Below, piece after piece: positions 43,938 through 53,257 of a DNA stretch of 64,000 nucleotides. Source of the DNA: Myxococcota bacterium (lineage in GTDB: Bacteria; Myxococcota_A; UBA796; SXON01); assembly GCA_040386535.1 (NCBI GenBank), contig JAZKFH010000013.1:320928-384927 (forward strand), given 5' to 3'. How positions within the stretch are numbered: the stretch's first letter is position 1; every line of letters begins with the position of its first letter. The notes under the pieces are model-generated. The model had not been told where the DNA came from and made no database searches. It worked only from the letters and a program-made list of their open reading frames with translations. The translations under genes and the position numbers were made by a program.

Positions 43938-46900
43938 ATGTCCCCGCTGTTGCTGCTCCTCACGCTCTCCGGACGCGCCGGGGCCATCCTCCCGCTGCCC
44001 GTGTACCCGGAGTGCGGCGAGATCGACCGCGAGGACCTCTGTCCCACCGACCTGGACGAGGAGTGGTGGCAGATCAGCTACATCCCCGACGGCTCCCGCG
44101 ACACCGTACGCCCCGAGGAGCTCGCCATCGGCTCGGGAAACGCGGCCGACCGTGCGTGGCGCATCACGACGGGGCGCACCGACGTGCTGCTCGCCGTCCT
44201 CGACTCCGGCGTCAACTGGAACAACGGCCGGTACGTCAACAAGATCCAGCTCCACAGCGGCGAGCTCCCGCTCCCCCAGCTCGCCGACGGGACGACCGCC
44301 ACCGACTGGGATCTCGACGGCAACGGCATCGTCAACGTGCAGGACTACGCCGGTGATGCGCGCGTCACGATGGACGCGGGGCGCGACTTCGCGGACGGGC
44401 GGCTCGACCCGTCCGATCTGCTCGCGGTGTTCTCGGACGGCGTGGATGATGACGGCAACGGGTTCGTCGACGACATCGCCGGCTGGGACTTCTTCGCGGA
44501 CGACAACGACCCGTACCACGAGTACGCCGAGGACTTCGGCACCCACGGCGACGGCGTGATCGAGTCCATGGCCGCGGAGGGCGGGGACGAGGAGAACGGC
44601 GACATCGGGCAGTGCCCGAACTGCGCGGTGCTGCCGCTGCGGATCGGCGACACGTTCGTCACGGACGGCAGCCGCGCGTCCATGGGCATCGCCTACGCGG
44701 TCGAGCGCGGCGCCGTGGGCGTGAACCTCGCCGTGGGCGCGCTCACGAACCCCGACTTCGCCACCGCCGCGGCCTCCTGGGCGCGCGACCGGGGCGTGAG
44801 CATCGTCGGCGCGGCGGGGGACGAGAACGCGTACCACCACAACTTCCCGGCCATGATGGACGGGATCTTCTACGTGCACTCCATCCGCTCGAACAACAAC
44901 AACGAGGACAGCGGCGCCTTCAGCTACCTCAACTTCTTCAACTGCAACAACTACGGCCCGCGCCTCACGCTCGTGGCGGACTCGCCCGCGTGCGCCACGG
45001 GCGCGGTCGCCATCACCACCGGCACCGTGGGCCTGGTCCACTCCGCCGCGCGGGACGCCGGCCTGACCCTCACCGCGGACGAGGTGTACCAGGTCATCGT
45101 CACCTCGGTGGACGACGTGAACCTGTCCGCCGCCGACGTCGAGCGCGCCGCGACCTACCCCTCGGGGGAGGGCTGGGACGCGTTCTACGGCTACGGCCGC
45201 CTCAACGCCGGGCGCGCGGTCGAGCGCGTCTCCGCCGGCGACATCCCGCCCACGATGGACGTGTCGAGCCCCGCCTGGTTCGAGACCATCGATCCGGGCG
45301 TCGGCAGCCTCGCCATCGAGGGCTACGTCGCGGCCGATCGCTCCGCGTCCTACAGCTACGCGGTCGAGTACGGCGTGGGGGACGATCCCCGCACGTGGAC
45401 GCAGCTTACGAGCGGCAACGGCACGTCGCGCTTCGAGGGCACGCTCGCGACGCTGGACCTGTCCACGCTCGACACCGCGGCGATGCTCGAGGCCGAGCGC
45501 AACGAGACCATCCTCGAGCGCATGGACCGCGTGTTCACCCCCGCCGTGACCGTGCGCGTGCGCGTGACCGACGCCGAAGGCCGCGTCGGCGAGACCCGGA
45601 AGACCTTCTTCGTCTACCCGGACCCCGACACGGTCGCCGGCTTCCCCCTCGACCTCGGCGGCTCCGGCGAGTCGTCGCCCCTGATGGCCGACCTCGACGA
45701 CGACGGCGTGTTCGAGATCGTCATCGCCGACTCCTCCGGCAACGTGCACGCGTTCGACGGCACCGGGCGCGAGATCGACGGCTGGCCGGTCCAGACGGAC
45801 GTGAGCCCGCGCTTCCACACCGGCGCCCCCGGGGTCAGCTCCGGCGAGCTGCCCGCCCTGCACGACGGCATGATCGCCACCGCCGCCGTGGGTGACCTCG
45901 ACGGGGACGGCTCCCCCGAGGTGTTCGTCGGCACGAGCACCGGCTCCGTGTACGCCTGGCATGCCGACGGCTCGCGGGTGACCGGCTACCCCGTCGAGAT
46001 CGTGGGGCGCACGCCCGCCGAGTTCGACTCCACCCACGTGTACGACAACGGCATCGCGGGGGCGCCCACCCTCTACGATCTCGACGGGGACGGCACGCTG
46101 GAGGTCATCGTGGCCGCGATGGACCAGCGCCTCTACGTGTGGGACGCCGCGGGCGAACCCTGGGGCCCGTACCCCATCGACGTGTGCGCGCCCGAGTTGT
46201 GCGGCGAGGCGGGCACCCGGATCATCGCGAGCCCGGCCGTGGGCGATGTCGACAACGACGGCGAGGTCGAGATCGGCGTCGGCAGCAACGAGACCGTCAA
46301 CGACGGCAACTCCTCCATCAGCTACCTGTTCGACGCCGTGAGCGGCGTGGCGGAGGACGGCTGGCCGCTCATCGAGGGCGGCCTCATCAACGAGGCCGGC
46401 CTGCTGCCGATCGTGGGCGAGGGGCACCCCGCGTCGATGGCGTTCGCGGACCTCGACGGCGACGGGGATCTGGAGATCTCCTCCGCGGTCATGCTCGGGC
46501 AGACCCCGCTCTACCACCACGACGGCACCGTCGCGCGGGACCTCTCCTACGTGGCGACGAGCTTCGGCGAGGGGAGCAACACGAACCAGCCCAGCTTCGT
46601 ACAGATGACGAACAACCCCGGCTTCGGCGACATGACGGGGGACGGCGTGCCCGAGTACGTCATGGCTGGCGCGGGCACGTACTACCTCATCGCCTTGCCG
46701 CTCATCACCGCCGTCGACTGGCAGAACGTCGTGGGCGCGTGGGACGGCGCGACCGGCGAGCACCTCCCGGGTTGGCCGCGCCAGATCGAGGACCTCCAGT
46801 TCCTCGTCGCGCCCGCCATCGCCGACCTCGACGGGGACAACAAGGCCGAGGCCGTCATGGGCAGCGCGGGGTACCTCCTGCACGCCTGGGACGCCGCCGG

Positions 46901-47291
46901 CATCGAGCCCGACGGCTGGCCCAAGTTCACCGGGAACTGGATCCTCGGGAGCCCGGCCGTCGGCGACATCGACGGCGACGGCTACGTGGAGGTTGTCGTC
47001 TCCACCCGCGAGGGCAAACTCTTCGCGTGGCACACCAAGGGCCACGCCGATCAGGCAATCGGCTGGCAGAGCATCCACCACGATCCGCAGAACACGGGCA
47101 ACTTCCACACGCCGCTGGCCACGCAACGCGGCCCGGAGCTGGAGGAGGAGAACCCCCAGGGGTGTTGCGAAGGCGGCACCAAGGCGTCTCTCCTCTGGCT
47201 CGCCCCGCTCGGCTTGTTCTGGCGTCGCCGCCGCTCCGCCTCGACCTCCCCCGCCGCATCCACTGGCCGTTCCTCGCAAGGGACCACATGA
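43938..47291 (+). CDS. Subtilase (S8)-like domain plus FG-GAP repeats with MYXO-CTERM-like tail
   Basis: LAVLDSG, DDDGNGFVDDIAGWDF, THGDGV, GAAGDE, YGYGRLNA; many GDLDGDG loops and GWP motifs; tail GCC...LLWLAPLGLFWRRRR. Confidence 0.9.
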   Translation: MSPLLLLLTLSGRAGAILPLPVYPECGEIDREDLCPTDLDEEWWQISYIPDGSRDTVRPEELAIGSGNAADRAWRITTGRTDVLLAVLDSGVNWNNGRYVNKIQLHSGELPLPQLADGTTATDWDLDGNGIVNVQDYAGDARVTMDAGRDFADGRLDPSDLLAVFSDGVDDDGNGFVDDIAGWDFFADDNDPYHEYAEDFGTHGDGVIESMAAEGGDEENGDIGQCPNCAVLPLRIGDTFVTDGSRASMGIAYAVERGAVGVNLAVGALTNPDFATAAASWARDRGVSIVGAAGDENAYHHNFPAMMDGIFYVHSIRSNNNNEDSGAFSYLNFFNCNNYGPRLTLVADSPACATGAVAITTGTVGLVHSAARDAGLTLTADEVYQVIVTSVDDVNLSAADVERAATYPSGEGWDAFYGYGRLNAGRAVERVSAGDIPPTMDVSSPAWFETIDPGVGSLAIEGYVAADRSASYSYAVEYGVGDDPRTWTQLTSGNGTSRFEGTLATLDLSTLDTAAMLEAERNETILERMDRVFTPAVTVRVRVTDAEGRVGETRKTFFVYPDPDTVAGFPLDLGGSGESSPLMADLDDDGVFEIVIADSSGNVHAFDGTGREIDGWPVQTDVSPRFHTGAPGVSSGELPALHDGMIATAAVGDLDGDGSPEVFVGTSTGSVYAWHADGSRVTGYPVEIVGRTPAEFDSTHVYDNGIAGAPTLYDLDGDGTLEVIVAAMDQRLYVWDAAGEPWGPYPIDVCAPELCGEAGTRIIASPAVGDVDNDGEVEIGVGSNETVNDGNSSISYLFDAVSGVAEDGWPLIEGGLINEAGLLPIVGEGHPASMAFADLDGDGDLEISSAVMLGQTPLYHHDGTVARDLSYVATSFGEGSNTNQPSFVQMTNNPGFGDMTGDGVPEYVMAGAGTYYLIALPLITAVDWQNVVGAWDGATGEHLPGWPRQIEDLQFLVAPAIADLDGDNKAEAVMGSAGYLLHAWDAAGIEPDGWPKFTGNWILGSPAVGDIDGDGYVEVVVSTREGKLFAWHTKGHADQAIGWQSIHHDPQNTGNFHTPLATQRGPELEEENPQGCCEGGTKASLLWLAPLGLFWRRRRSASTSPAASTGRSSQGTT

Positions 47292-48397
47292 ACGCGATCG
47301 ACATCCTCAAGGCCCGCGGCTTCTTCAACCAGTGCACCGACGAGGACGCCCTCCGGAAGCTCATGGACGAGGGCCCGGTCACCTTCTACGTCGGGTTCGA
47401 CCCCACCGCGGACAGCCTGCACGTCGGGCACCTCGTGCAGGTCATGGCGATGGCGAACCTGCACCGCGCCGGCCACAAGGCGATCCCCGTGGTCGGCGGC
47501 GGCACCGTGCAGGTGGGCGATCCGAGCTTCAAGGACGAGACGCGCGAGTTGCTCACCCCCGAACGCATGGAGGCCAACAAGGCCAAGATCGGCGCCCAGC
47601 TCGCGAAGTTCGCGCCGGGCACGCTGGTCGACAACGCCGACTGGTTGATGAAGCTCAACTACGTCGAGTTCATCCGCGACATCGGTCGCCACTTCTCCGT
47701 GAACGTGATGGTGAAGGCCGAGAGCATGAAGCAGCGCCTGGAGCGCGGCCAGGGGCTCTCCTTCCTCGAGTTCAACTACCCCCTGCTCCAGTCGTACGAC
47801 TTCCTGGAGCTGTATCGGCGCTACGGCTGCCGCCTCCAGGTGGGCGGTGGTGATCAGTGGTTCAACATCATCAGCGGAGCCGATCTCATCCGGCGCGTGG
47901 AGGGGGGGAGCGCATTTGGGCTCACGACGCCGCTCCTCACGACGGCCAGCGGCGCCAAGATGGGGAAGACCGTGGCGGGCGCGGTGTGGCTCGACGCCGA
48001 GAAGGTCTCGCCGTTCGACTACAACCAGTACTGGTACAACTGCGACGATCGCGACGTGGAGAAGTTCCTGAAGCTCTTCACCTTCCTCCCGATCGAGCAG
48101 ATCGAGGAGGCGGTGAAGGGCGACATCCGCGCGGCCAAGCGCCTGCTCGCGGACGAGGCGACCGCGATCGTGCACGGGCGCGACGTGCTCGTGCCGAAAC
48201 ACGTCACGACGTTGCCAAAGAAGCTCGTCGACCTGCTGGTCGAGACCGGCCTGGTGCCCTCGAAGTCGGAGGCGCGTCGCAAGCTGAACGACGGCGTCCG
48301 CTTCGGCGGGGAGAAGCTGCACGATCCCGATTTTGTGGTCGCGAGCCCCGGCACCCTCCAGCTCGGGAAGAAGAAGGTCGAGTTGTGCCTCCCTTGA
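47288..48397 (+). CDS. tyrS: Tyrosine--tRNA ligase
   Basis: YVGFDPTADSLHVGH, GDPS, FLEFNYPLLQSYDF, QVGGGDQW.NI, KMGKT, S4-like SKSEARR. Confidence 0.97.
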   Translation: MNAIDILKARGFFNQCTDEDALRKLMDEGPVTFYVGFDPTADSLHVGHLVQVMAMANLHRAGHKAIPVVGGGTVQVGDPSFKDETRELLTPERMEANKAKIGAQLAKFAPGTLVDNADWLMKLNYVEFIRDIGRHFSVNVMVKAESMKQRLERGQGLSFLEFNYPLLQSYDFLELYRRYGCRLQVGGGDQWFNIISGADLIRRVEGGSAFGLTTPLLTTASGAKMGKTVAGAVWLDAEKVSPFDYNQYWYNCDDRDVEKFLKLFTFLPIEQIEEAVKGDIRAAKRLLADEATAIVHGRDVLVPKHVTTLPKKLVDLLVETGLVPSKSEARRKLNDGVRFGGEKLHDPDFVVASPGTLQLGKKKVELCLP

Positions 48398-49122
48398 GGC
48401 GCGAAGACGCGCTCTTCTCGTGGTTCGAGCGGATCAACGGGCCCGCGTGGGGCAACGTGCTCGACGCCGGCACCGGGGAGCACTCGCTCGGCTGGGTCGG
48501 GTCGTTGCCGGCGCGTTCGGTCACGGCGGTCACCGTGGAGGCGTGGCGGATGGCCGGCCTCGCGGAGGTGGCGCCCCAGGCGCGCGTGCTGCTCGGGGAG
48601 TGGACCGACCCGACGCTCCTGCACGGCGAGTCCTTCGACCAGGTGCTGGTGGACTACGTCATCGGCGCGATCGACGGCCACGCGCCCTTCTTCCAGTACG
48701 GCTTCCTGGAGCGCCTGCGGCCCCACGTGCGCGGCCGCGTCTACCTCGTCGGCCTCGAGCCCCAGCCGCGCGACGGCAGCGTGCTGGACGAGGTGTGCCG
48801 CGTGCGCGACGCCTGCATCCTGCTCGCCGGTCACCGCTGCTATCGCGAGTATCCGCGCACGCTCGTGCAGCAGTGGCTGGAGCGCACCGGGTACCACGTC
48901 CTCGACGCGCAGGACTTCCCCAACCGCATCGGCCCGCGCTTCGTCAACGGGCAGCTCGACGTGGCCCTTCGCAAGGTGAAGCTGTTCCGTGACCCCGGGC
49001 TGAGGGTCGCCATGGAGGCCACCATCGCCGACGTGCGGGCCCGCGCGCTCGATCTCGGCGAGGTCACCTGGGGGGCCGACTACGTGATCGCCGCCGCCGT
49101 TGACGGCGGATCGGCCGGATGA
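48394..49122 (+). CDS. Class I SAM-dependent methyltransferase-like protein
   Basis: TTGA overlap with the tyrS stop; VLDAGTG..S, FD.VL.DY.IGAIDG.AP.FQ, GLEP, YREYP. Confidence 0.8.
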   Translation: MRREDALFSWFERINGPAWGNVLDAGTGEHSLGWVGSLPARSVTAVTVEAWRMAGLAEVAPQARVLLGEWTDPTLLHGESFDQVLVDYVIGAIDGHAPFFQYGFLERLRPHVRGRVYLVGLEPQPRDGSVLDEVCRVRDACILLAGHRCYREYPRTLVQQWLERTGYHVLDAQDFPNRIGPRFVNGQLDVALRKVKLFRDPGLRVAMEATIADVRARALDLGEVTWGADYVIAAAVDGGSAG

Positions 49123-49134
49123 CAAGCTGACGCG

Positions 49135-50634
49135 ATGAAGAGCATCGTGGCCGGCGGGGGCGTCCTGGCGCTCGTCGCCGGGGTTGGATGGAGCGCCGGA
49201 TGCAGCGGCGGCAAGGCCTCGGCGGCGCGGCGGGAGGGCCCGCCCCCCATCGTGCTCTTGTCGATGGACACGTTCCGTGTCGATCGCATCGGCGCCTACG
49301 GCAACCCGAACGGCCTGACCCCCAACCTCGACGCGTTCGCCGCCGAGGCCGTGGTGTTCGAGAACGTGTACAGCCAGGCGGTGCAGACGGCGCCGTCGCA
49401 CACGAGCCTGTTCACGAGCCGGTACCCGAGCGAGCAGATCGGCACCAACCGCCAGCCGTACGTCCCCAAGGAGATGCCGCTCCTGGCCGAGCTGCTCTCG
49501 CTCTACGACTACCAGACCGGCGCGTTCGTGGGCGGCGCGGACCTGTCGCCCTGGCGCGGCCTGAACAAGGGGTTCGACACCTACGAGGCGTCGGTGGACT
49601 TCGGGTCGTTCTTCCACACCGGCCCGATGGCGCTCGCGTGGCTCGACAAGGTGGAGCAGGACCGCCCGTACTTCCTGTTCGTGCACGGCTACGACACCCA
49701 CTCGCGCTACCTGAAGCCCCCGCCGTACGGCTACGCGCACTCCGACGCCCGCATCGAGAACGAGGGCCAGAACGCCGCGCGCAGCGCGACCGAGCGCCTC
49801 GTCGACGGGGTGATGTACCCGGACTTCAACGGCCTGATGCAGTCGTACGAGACCGAGCTGCGGCCACGCTCCGACGCGGCCAAGGCCAACCTCGCGAAGG
49901 GCGACGGGTCGGACGACCAGGCCGTTCGTGTCACCGAAGCCGACGTCGACCTGATCCGCGACGTGTACGACGGCGCCGTGTCGTACGCGGACACGATGGT
50001 CGGCACGTTCCTGGCCGGGCTCGAGGAGCGCGGAGTGCTCGACGAGGCCGTGGTCGTGATCCTGGCGGACCACGGCGAGCAGCTCGGCGAGCACGGGCTG
50101 TTCGGGCACTGCTGCGAGGCGCGGGACGAGGAGGCGCGGGTGCCGCTGATGGTCCGCCTCCCCGGCGGAGAGGGCGGCGGGCGCCGCGTCTCCGGGCTGG
50201 TGGAGCTGGTGGACGTGATGCCATCGCTGGTCCAGCTGGCCGACGCGACGCCGCCCGCGCGCATCCACGGCCGCTCGTTCGCCGCGGCGCTGCGGGGCGC
50301 GCCGTTCGAGGGCCGCCGCTTCGCGTTCACCGAGGGCAGCGAGATGATGCGCCTCGTCACCATGCGCGGGCCCGAGGGGCGGCTCACCTACACGGGCCTC
50401 TCACCCTCCGCGCCCCTGCTCGGTGACCTCGTCGAGGCCGCGCGCCTGGACGGGCCCGCGTTCGTGGTCGACGGAGACGTCTCCGACGCCAGCCGCGCGG
50501 AGATGCGCACGGGGATGGTGACCTGGCTGCGCTCGCTGACGCCGACACCCACGGGCATCGGGAGCACGGGCGAGATGCCGGAGGCGCTGAAGAAGTCGCT
50601 GCGCGAGCACGGCTATTGGAACGTGAAGGAATGA
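49135..50634 (+). CDS. Sulfatase-like (alkaline phosphatase superfamily) lipoprotein
   Basis: SAGC lipobox; LLSMDTFRVD, TPNLD, TAPSHTSLFTSRYP, H.YDTH, YDGAVSYAD, ADHGE, VPLMVR. Confidence 0.9.
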   Translation: MKSIVAGGGVLALVAGVGWSAGCSGGKASAARREGPPPIVLLSMDTFRVDRIGAYGNPNGLTPNLDAFAAEAVVFENVYSQAVQTAPSHTSLFTSRYPSEQIGTNRQPYVPKEMPLLAELLSLYDYQTGAFVGGADLSPWRGLNKGFDTYEASVDFGSFFHTGPMALAWLDKVEQDRPYFLFVHGYDTHSRYLKPPPYGYAHSDARIENEGQNAARSATERLVDGVMYPDFNGLMQSYETELRPRSDAAKANLAKGDGSDDQAVRVTEADVDLIRDVYDGAVSYADTMVGTFLAGLEERGVLDEAVVVILADHGEQLGEHGLFGHCCEARDEEARVPLMVRLPGGEGGGRRVSGLVELVDVMPSLVQLADATPPARIHGRSFAAALRGAPFEGRRFAFTEGSEMMRLVTMRGPEGRLTYTGLSPSAPLLGDLVEAARLDGPAFVVDGDVSDASRAEMRTGMVTWLRSLTPTPTGIGSTGEMPEALKKSLREHGYWNVKE

Positions 50635-51467
50635 TCCTCTCCCTGCTCCTCGCGTGCGCGTCGCCGCCGGAAGCGCGCTTCGATCGGGACGAGATCCTCG
50701 GCCGCGTGCTCGCGCGTGTCGACACCGACAAGGACGGCCGGGTCACCGCCGAGGAGTACGCGCGGGTCGACTTCTCGGGGCCGACCTTCGTCGAGGCCGA
50801 CACGGACGGGGACGGCGCTCTCTCCATCGCCGAGCTGCGCACGATGACCCTCGCCCAGGACCCGACCACGTTCTACCGGGCGCCCGATCTCGTCTTGAAG
50901 AGCGGGAAGACCATCCCCGGCTCGGGCGGAAACGCCGACGCGGTGAAGCACGACGGGCCGGCCGGCGGGCCCGGTGGCGGCGGTGCGCAGGGGGGGCCGG
51001 GGGGCGGTGCGGAGGGCGGCCCCGGCGGCCCTGGTGGCGGCGGCCCCGGCGGCGGTGCGCAGGGTGGGCCGGGTGGCGGCGGCCCTGGTGGCGGCGGCCC
51101 CGGCGGTCCCGGTGGCGGCGCTCCAGGGGGTCCGGGCGGGGAGGCGAAGGGCGCGCCCGGCGGCGGGGGAGGGAAGAAGACCGGCGACCGCATGCAGCCG
51201 CCCGTCTCGCTGCTGGTGCTCCGGATCCTCCACGCGGAGGTCGCCTCCGTCGATCCCACCATCCCCTTGCCCTCCGAGGAGGAGATGAACCGCATCGGGT
51301 ACACCAACACGCTCGAGTCCGAAGAGGCCGTGGCGTTGCTGCGCGCGCTCGAGGAGGCCGCGGCCAAGGCGAACGTCGGCTTTCCCGCCACGCTCCGCGC
51401 TGCCACGCGCGCGAGCCGACCGGCCGCTCCGGCGGGGATCCCGGCGACAACCGCTGCCGACCCGTGA
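50631..51467 (+). CDS. EF-hand lipoprotein with Gly/Pro-rich low-complexity insert
   Basis: ATGA overlap; MILSLLLAC; DTDKDGRVTAEE and DTDGDGALSIAE EF-hand loops; repeated GGPGGG. Confidence 0.8.
   Translation: MILSLLLACASPPEARFDRDEILGRVLARVDTDKDGRVTAEEYARVDFSGPTFVEADTDGDGALSIAELRTMTLAQDPTTFYRAPDLVLKSGKTIPGSGGNADAVKHDGPAGGPGGGGAQGGPGGGAEGGPGGPGGGGPGGGAQGGPGGGGPGGGGPGGPGGGAPGGPGGEAKGAPGGGGGKKTGDRMQPPVSLLVLRILHAEVASVDPTIPLPSEEEMNRIGYTNTLESEEAVALLRALEEAAAKANVGFPATLRAATRASRPAAPAGIPATTAADP
50955..51175 (+). repeat. Coding GGPGGG(G/A) repeat tract
   Basis: About 10 GPGG units in roughly 70 codons. Confidence 0.8.
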
Positions 51468-51532
51468 CCACCGGGAGACGACCCGCGAGGTCCCACGCGT
51501 AGATGTTCTCCTCCAAAGGGAGGAACGCGTCC

Positions 51533-52105
51533 ATGGACACGGAACGGCGGGGATGGTGGGTGGGGCTCGCCCTGTGCGGCCTCTTGCTCGCGGGGTGCCC
51601 CGGGCCCATGGGGGGCGGGGGCATCATCGGGGACGCGTCCGACTTCGTGAACCTCGACAAGGACGGCGACGAGGCGGTCACCGTCAACGAGTTCTCGAAG
51701 TGGGGGAAGGACCAGGGAGTTCTGGACGCCTTCATGGGGAACACGAAGGGTGAGGTCGCGAACACCGCGCTGTCCCAGGGCCTCTACGACATCTGGGACG
51801 TGGAGGGCTCGGGCATCACCGAGGCCGAGTGGAACGAGGGGCTCCGCGCGTGGTTCCCCGACGCGGACACGCAGGAGTTCACGAGCTGGGATCTCGATCA
51901 GGACGGCTCGCTCGACGGCGACGAGCTCGTGGCCGGCTTCGCCCACACCGATCTGTTGCGCGGCTGGGACGACGACGGCGACGGGACGCTCACGATGGAC
52001 GAGACCTACCGCCGCTTCTACGACGTGTTCGACCAGGACAGCGACGGGACGCTCACCTCGGACGAGTGGACCCGCGGGCTGGCGAGCTGGAACTGGGGTT
52101 TCTGA
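51533..52105 (+). CDS. Multi-EF-hand lipoprotein
   Basis: GGAGG upstream; LLAGC lipobox; loops DKDGDEAVTVNE, DLDQDGSLDGDE, DDDGDGTLTMDE, DQDSDGTLTSDE. Confidence 0.85.
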   Translation: MDTERRGWWVGLALCGLLLAGCPGPMGGGGIIGDASDFVNLDKDGDEAVTVNEFSKWGKDQGVLDAFMGNTKGEVANTALSQGLYDIWDVEGSGITEAEWNEGLRAWFPDADTQEFTSWDLDQDGSLDGDELVAGFAHTDLLRGWDDDGDGTLTMDETYRRFYDVFDQDSDGTLTSDEWTRGLASWNWGF

Positions 52106-52617
52106 TGCGCCGCCTGCTCGTCGGGCTCGCCCTGGCCGGCGCATCGGCCGCGTGTGCGGGCACCGGCAGCCCGCGCGCGGTGTCGGACTGGATGGACGAG
52201 GGGACGGTGCAGGTGCACGGGGTGAGCGACGGGGGGGCCCCGCTCATCGGCGGGGGGCTGGTGCGGCGCGTGAGCGAGGGGGGCTTCGTCGGCTTTCGAG
52301 GGATGCTCCCGGTCTGGGGCACCGGGTCGTACACCGGCGAGGTGTTCGGGCGCGGCTACTTCACGCCCGACGCGCGCTCGAGCCTGTTCCTCGAGGGGGA
52401 CGCGGGCCTTCACCTCGTCCGGGGAGGGACGACCTTCATCCCCTCGGTCGGCTTGAACTTCGGGGTGCGTGTGGCGGTGACCGACACGCTCTCCGTCGGC
52501 GGGAGCTTCGCGCCCATCGTGTTCCCGGCCGGTCTGGAGCCGAAGGTGGACTTCGTGCGGATGGGCCCGCTCGGGATGGCGCCGCGGATGCTCGGAACGG
52601 TGGACTTCAAGCTTTAG
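52105..52617 (+). CDS. Probable small outer-membrane beta-barrel/secreted protein
   Basis: TGATG overlap; signal peptide MRRLLVGLALAG; alternating beta-strand pattern (GRGYF, LFLEG.AG, GLNFGVRV); ends DFKL. Confidence 0.65.
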   Translation: MRRLLVGLALAGASAACAGTGSPRAVSDWMDEGTVQVHGVSDGGAPLIGGGLVRRVSEGGFVGFRGMLPVWGTGSYTGEVFGRGYFTPDARSSLFLEGDAGLHLVRGGTTFIPSVGLNFGVRVAVTDTLSVGGSFAPIVFPAGLEPKVDFVRMGPLGMAPRMLGTVDFKL

Positions 52618-52624
52618 GCAGAGT

Positions 52625-53215
52625 CTACGGTTCCGGCCGCAAGGCCTTGAGATGGCTCACCCATCGCGTCCCGGCGATCGCGAGGCGCCACGGCGCTTCG
52701 CGGTCGTCCGGCTCCGCGTAGTCGATCCCGACCCGCGGGCCCACGAGGAGCGGGTACGTCTGGTCGCGGGCGTACACGGCGAGCGGGCCACTCAGGGGGA
52801 GCCCGGAGTGGGAGGTGTCGAGCGCGAGGGCCTGGCCGATCTTGCCGGGCCCGGTGAGCAGCGCGGGCCCGGCGAGGTTGCCCCGCCGCGCGGTCACGAC
52901 GTCGAGGCCCTCGACCACCTCCGCGGCGCGGACGAGCACCACCGCCGGGTGCCCTTCGGGGCCGGTCACGAAGTTGAGGAGGTGGTGCATGCCGTAGCAG
53001 AGGTAGACGTAGGCGTGCCCCGGCGGGCCCCACATGGGGGCGTTGCGCCGGGTGCGGCCCATCCGCGCGTGGTTCGCGGTGTCACCGGGGTAGCGGTAGG
53101 CCTCGACCTCGGTGATGCGCAGGCGGACGCCCGCGTGAGCGATCTGAGCGCCGACAAGATCGCGGGCAACGTCGAGCGCGTCCCGATCGTAGAAGGAGGG
53201 GAGCAGCGGGGTCAT
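52625..53215 (-). CDS. DNA-3-methyladenine glycosylase (AAG/MPG family)
   Basis: VARDLVG, ITEVEAY, GHAYVYLCYGMHHLLN.VT, AVVLVRA, GPGK, GPRVGI.YA, PWR. Confidence 0.95.
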   Translation of the reverse strand: MTPLLPSFYDRDALDVARDLVGAQIAHAGVRLRITEVEAYRYPGDTANHARMGRTRRNAPMWGPPGHAYVYLCYGMHHLLNFVTGPEGHPAVVLVRAAEVVEGLDVVTARRGNLAGPALLTGPGKIGQALALDTSHSGLPLSGPLAVYARDQTYPLLVGPRVGIDYAEPDDREAPWRLAIAGTRWVSHLKALRPEP

Positions 53216-53257
53216 CCGACCCGCTATCCCCCCACGGCCCCCGGGCTACGTTCGCGC

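Noticed and set aside
43839..47279. Very long antisense or alternate-frame ORFs (e.g. 43839..47279-, 16770..19580+, 5303..7669-, 21376..23898-, 3075..5336+)
   Set aside because: Shadow ORFs expected in high-GC coding DNA: Arg/Gly/Pro/Ala-rich, no motifs, opposite well-supported genes.
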